Source of the DNA: Eledone cirrhosa
Taxonomy: Eukaryota
Assembly (NCBI GenBank): GCA_964016885.1
Contig: OZ024744.1
Location: forward strand, 25,048,001 to 25,112,000
Reading direction: 5' to 3'
Length of the DNA: 64,000 bases
Part shown: piece after piece, positions 59,542 to 64,000 of the stretch
Position numbering within the stretch: the first letter of the stretch is position 1
How the letters are laid out: every line of letters starts with the position of its first letter
Translations under genes and position numbers: made by a program
Notes under the pieces: generated by a model
The model's database searches: none
What the model saw: only the letters and a program-made list of their open reading frames with translations
What the model was told of the DNA's origin: nothing

Positions 59542-59907
59542 GATGATAATGATAATAATAACATCAACAACAATATAACCAAAACTAAATTTAATGTCAC
59601 ATTATGTGAAAACTCCCGAGATAAAAATGATGGTACGAACTCTTTGAACAACAACTTAACGGCACATTTTACATCTAAATTATCTTTTCTTGCAACTAAA
59701 TCAACCGTTGACGAACTCGACGATGTTTCCAGATCAATATTATTAAACTACTTATACAATACGTATCAAATGGCTGACATTGTAGACTCTGCGTGTGTTA
59801 TTCCTTCTACCCTTGACAGATATCTATTGAAAACCAACTGTCAACCACAGATTGGTGGTACATTTGGTCATTCACAGTGCAACTACTACACGACACCAGC
59901 AGCTTAA
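52228..59907 (+). CDS. MECOM: MECOM/PRDM16/hamlet-like terminal coding exon (end of finger 7, CtBP motifs, three C-terminal C2H2 fingers, acidic and Asn-rich tail)
   Basis: ttttcttccag| acceptor, then [17 protein letters not shown] completes the split finger, in frame with ORF 52345-59907. Contains PFDLS (54904) and PLDLS (55453), RKTHVYG, and [32 protein letters not shown]...[13 protein letters not shown] (56512-56763). An invertebrate gene would be a co-ortholog of MECOM and PRDM16. Confidence 0.93.
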
Positions 59908-60158
59908 AACATTCGCTTTATCTTTTACTTGCGAGTTTATTATCTGATGGATGCTGAATGACTCTTTATGTATTTAAGTATAAAACAGTGGAATGGAATA
60001 CATACCGGACAACACATGCACGCATGCGTAATGAATGGAAGCAACGTAACGAACATACATACGAATATGAATGACTCTCATGTCTGGATAAAGTATTAAA
60101 TACAGGTATGGGCGTACCTTCATCTCCAAACGCTCATATATTTATATAACACAACAGT

Positions 60159-60201
<43 letters not shown>

Positions 60202-62500
60202 TCATGATGCATGTGATAATGTGTTATATGAGTTTGGAAACATCAAAGTTGAGTTAAATATAAATATATATATATATATATATTTTTTTTTTTCTTTTTT
60301 TTTTTGGCGTGTGATTATTTTTCACTAATTATTATTCCGGAAGACTTCGTAAATAACATTGACAGAGGGGAAAATATTTCCGCCCCTCAAATATAAAGAG
60401 ATATCGACAAATCCAGAGTCAAATTGTATGGAATCAAAGAAAAAATAAATAAAGAAAAGAAAATTGTGGTGAAGTGAAGAGGAATTTTTTTTTTTTTTTT
60501 AAATAAAAGATTTGTTACCAATTTATGTGATCTCGGTGGGTAATAGACTGCAAAGGAACTCAAGAATTCCATACTTACCAAACAAGTTGGCAGCAATGTG
60601 CCAATGTTTTTTGGTATAGCTATCAACTTATTCATACCCACTTCAATATGTTCTAATTATTTTTAGACAATATTTACATCTGACACAGAAAAAGAAAAAA
60701 AATCATAAACTAATAAAATTAAAAAAATAAACAAATTGATGTCACTTGAGCAGCTATTGTTGTATTTCCCCCTTTAAACTGGATTTATTTTTTTAAACAG
60801 AAAATAAGACTCTTGTAAATTTTATTATTAATTTACACAAAATATCTTTCTTTCATTACAAAGCTCTTTCATGACATCAATGAAATTGGAATATTAAATA
60901 GATTTAAAAAAAAGATTAAAAGAAAAACAATTATTAAAAAAAAACTTTCCCTACAGACGACGAGACTTTTGTGAACCAATATCAAATGTAATTAAACAGC
61001 GTAAATATTATTCTCCCCCTCCTCCACACCTATAGAATCAAGTCTGTATGTGTTTCCACGGATGGTATATACTTTACCAAAAAATATATATATATAAAAT
61101 AATAAAATAAATAAAAATAATAATAATAATTACATGTTTCAACGGTGGCCTGCAATGGCTGATTGTGAACACTTTTAATCCTGCCTCATTTCCAACCCCA
61201 CCTCCCACTATTTCCAAGAAACATGCACACCACCTTTTTTTTGTTTGTTTGTTTCTGTTTGTTTGTTTTTTTGTTTTTTTACAATAATTTCATGCCAATT
61301 TAAGAAATTTGTTCTATTTTAAAATAATTTATGGTTAAATAACACTGATATTTGTGTTATTTGTATGTATAGAATTAGAAATTGAACACATCTCTTTCAT
61401 TTTATTTATCCTTATTGTTGTAACAGTTTTTAAAATGTACTCGACAAGTATTATGTATTTCTTTGGTGGGAGCTAGCCTGCCTAAGTCTTGTGCTTTTTA
61501 AAGAAAGCTTTGCCATCAATAGAAACGGCATCACACACACACAATAAATAAATAAATAAACATATATATATATATAATCTAAAACCACGAGCTAACCACA
61601 TCGGTCCAAGCAAACAGTGTAGCAGATATCTGTTTTGATTTTAATGGTTACATATTTCAATATATCAAAATAGCTAACTCTTTATACTAGCAGCCAGTCG
61701 GTTTACTGATAACTGTTTTAATTTAATATTGTTAATAAGGATATTATTCCTCAAGGACCAAATAAATTGCTTCTTCATTTAATAGATAGTATATCGGTAA
61801 ACGAAACATTTATTCCACTAGAAGAAAATAAATATATCTTCAATCTTCTATGTTAAATTCATTCGAAAAACTATATTTGTAATTTTTTATAGATATAATA
61901 TCAGATACTATTGCAATCCTTATTTGCATTCCCCGTTGAAACAACATTTCTTGAAGAATTAATATAATTATTAAAATACGTTAGACTGGAAGAGTTAAAA
62001 GTGTTTATAAACTTGCTCGATTCGCGTTTTATAAACAAACTGCTTGGAATTGACATCATTTTATGTATTTTTTTTTTTCAGTTGAAATGAAATCCTATGA
62101 CATGTGGTTGCTCAAATCTCTTATTGATATTTCAATGATGAAAGTTGTTTAAAAGCACACTGAAATCTGATATGCGATGTCATCTTACACACTTCACTTA
62201 CCATTCTATAAAAAAAATAAGAAAAATGTTTTAAAAAAGCGCCTATTAGAATGCTATAAATGTTATCAACCTTAGATCTGTTTCTTAACAACCTGCCCCT
62301 TGTGGTTATTAAAAAATTCCAAGCAAAAGGCAGGGCAACAGTGTCTGTTTATAAATAAATTCTTTAACTAATTCCAAAGAAAAAGTTGAAGTAAAACTAT
62401 TATTTGGTCTATGTGACTGGAACCACCATATTCCTACGAGAATCTTTTTGTATTTTTCAATTTTTTCACTTCATGTACTATTTTTGTTTGATGAAATGAT
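59908..62500 (+). other. Probable long AU-rich 3' UTR of the MECOM-like gene (end uncertain)
   Basis: Follows the stop codon, carries no recognisable SINE or other TE copies (unlike the introns), and has several AATAAA hexamers. The poly(A) site cannot be fixed from sequence. Confidence 0.4.
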
Positions 62501-62544
62501 AAAGCCAACATTACCTGTCCACACACATACACACTTACACACAC

Positions 62545-62622
<78 letters not shown>

Positions 62623-64000
62623 TGCGTGTGGTTATAATGACGTGTGTGTGTGTGTGCAAGTGTATCGAATGTAAGTTTGTGTTTGTGCAGTTAACTTGTT
62701 GGCTTCCTTTAAAAGTGGTCCAATTTTTTGAAAATTTAAATCTTTATTTTTATTGTTTGATATATTCAGGTCACAAGTACTCTTTATTATGGAAAAACAC
62801 AACAAAAACAAAAAAATTCAAAAACCTTAATGAAATGATGGATGACCTTTAGACTAGTGACCTTTCTTAAATAATTTTGACGTTATATATATATATATAA
62901 ACATACATGCATACATATATACTCACACACACGCATATATATGACCAACTCTGTTGCTTTAAACTCTTATCTATCTGACAAGAAACAATTCTTTCTTTAC
63001 TCATAAACATACATTATATTGCTCAACGATAAATGTTTTAATTGAAACTTTACGATATGGTTATGCCACGCATCATGTCAGAATGATTTTACATTAAAAA
63101 TGGTTAGTCATTCATCACATTCTTTTAAATTGTGAACGCTCTATTTTACATTTATTTTCTTTGACAAAATTATTTGGAGGTACCAGGAAATATATATTAA
63201 ATAAATTTACTTTTATCTAGTGAAAATTTTGAAAACTATCCAAATCTAAACTATCCACTCCTAATTGTTTGATTTTAACGGTTTTTTAAAGCATGGAAAA
63301 ATGGAGAATGAAAACAGTTTTCTATAAATGGCACTAAATATCTATTTATATTCTCTTCCATTCCTGTTACATACCCATTCCTATTATACATCATTCCTAT
63401 TATATAGTCATTCCTATTATACAGCCATTCCTATTATATAGACAAATAAAATGACGAAAGACCTAACTGGATGCGTAATTACACAAGCGAATTACAGGTC
63501 TTGAATTAAAATTCCCGATGGTATTCCATTCTATGTATCTCTCATAACAGAAGCATTACGTACCGAAAATGTTGCTTATGACTGACTGAAATACTCTCCA
63601 AGTTGACACATTTCTCTCATCCATGTATTAGCATGGATCTAGAGTTAAGCAAATGTTCTACAAGGTTTTAACTAGAAAAAATACATCCTATAAAATATAT
63701 CATTCCATTTAGATTGATGACAATAATTTGATTTTAAATGTCACTTCCAATGTTATGCTGGAGTACAGAGTACCCTATGTGTCTGTGTATGTTATTACGA
63801 ATGTCTGTTTAGAAAGTTTTTTATCTTCTGGGACCATCTTGTTATAACTATAGTATGATATAAAATTGTTGATCATTTGAAAGTGTTGAAAGCGTTTACT
63901 TAAGCAGAGAAATCTGACCAAAATTATTGGTCAGTTCATTCTAAACAAATATAATTCAATATTTATTATTACAAATTATTTCTTGAAACTCAATAGAAGT

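Noticed and set aside
52345-59907. 2520-aa ORF as a stand-alone intronless gene
   Set aside because: The frame extends upstream to a splice acceptor at 52227 and completes a zinc finger begun at 44809-44830, so it is the last exon of a larger gene.

Overview
Animal genomic DNA, very AT-rich and full of (TA)n/(CA)n/(CATA)n microsatellites. The repeat style suggests an octopod cephalopod, but that is an inference and not verified. The single host gene is a + strand MECOM/EVI1-PRDM16-hamlet family zinc-finger factor. Four phase-compatible coding exons can be read (37401-37572, 42896-42965, 43415-44830, 52228-59907), about 3,110 aa in total, and its 5' part was not found. The rest is mobile-element debris: a degenerate Neptune-type Penelope-like retroelement (RT + GIY-YIG), two tandem 5'-truncated R4/Dong-like LINEs in (TAA)n, a Helitron-like element, a hAT-type MITE with an internal 31-bp array, and at least two tRNA-headed SINE families. 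The most striking unannotated signal is a dense set of hammerhead-ribozyme (HHR) motifs of several architectures. These include a U3-A8 core variant, long stem-II forms and one near-intact copy on the sense strand of an intron. There is also a recurrent family of fold-back palindromes centred on a hammerhead stem-II hairpin. Nearly all other ORFs in the track are microsatellite artefacts. All alignments and folds were done by eye.
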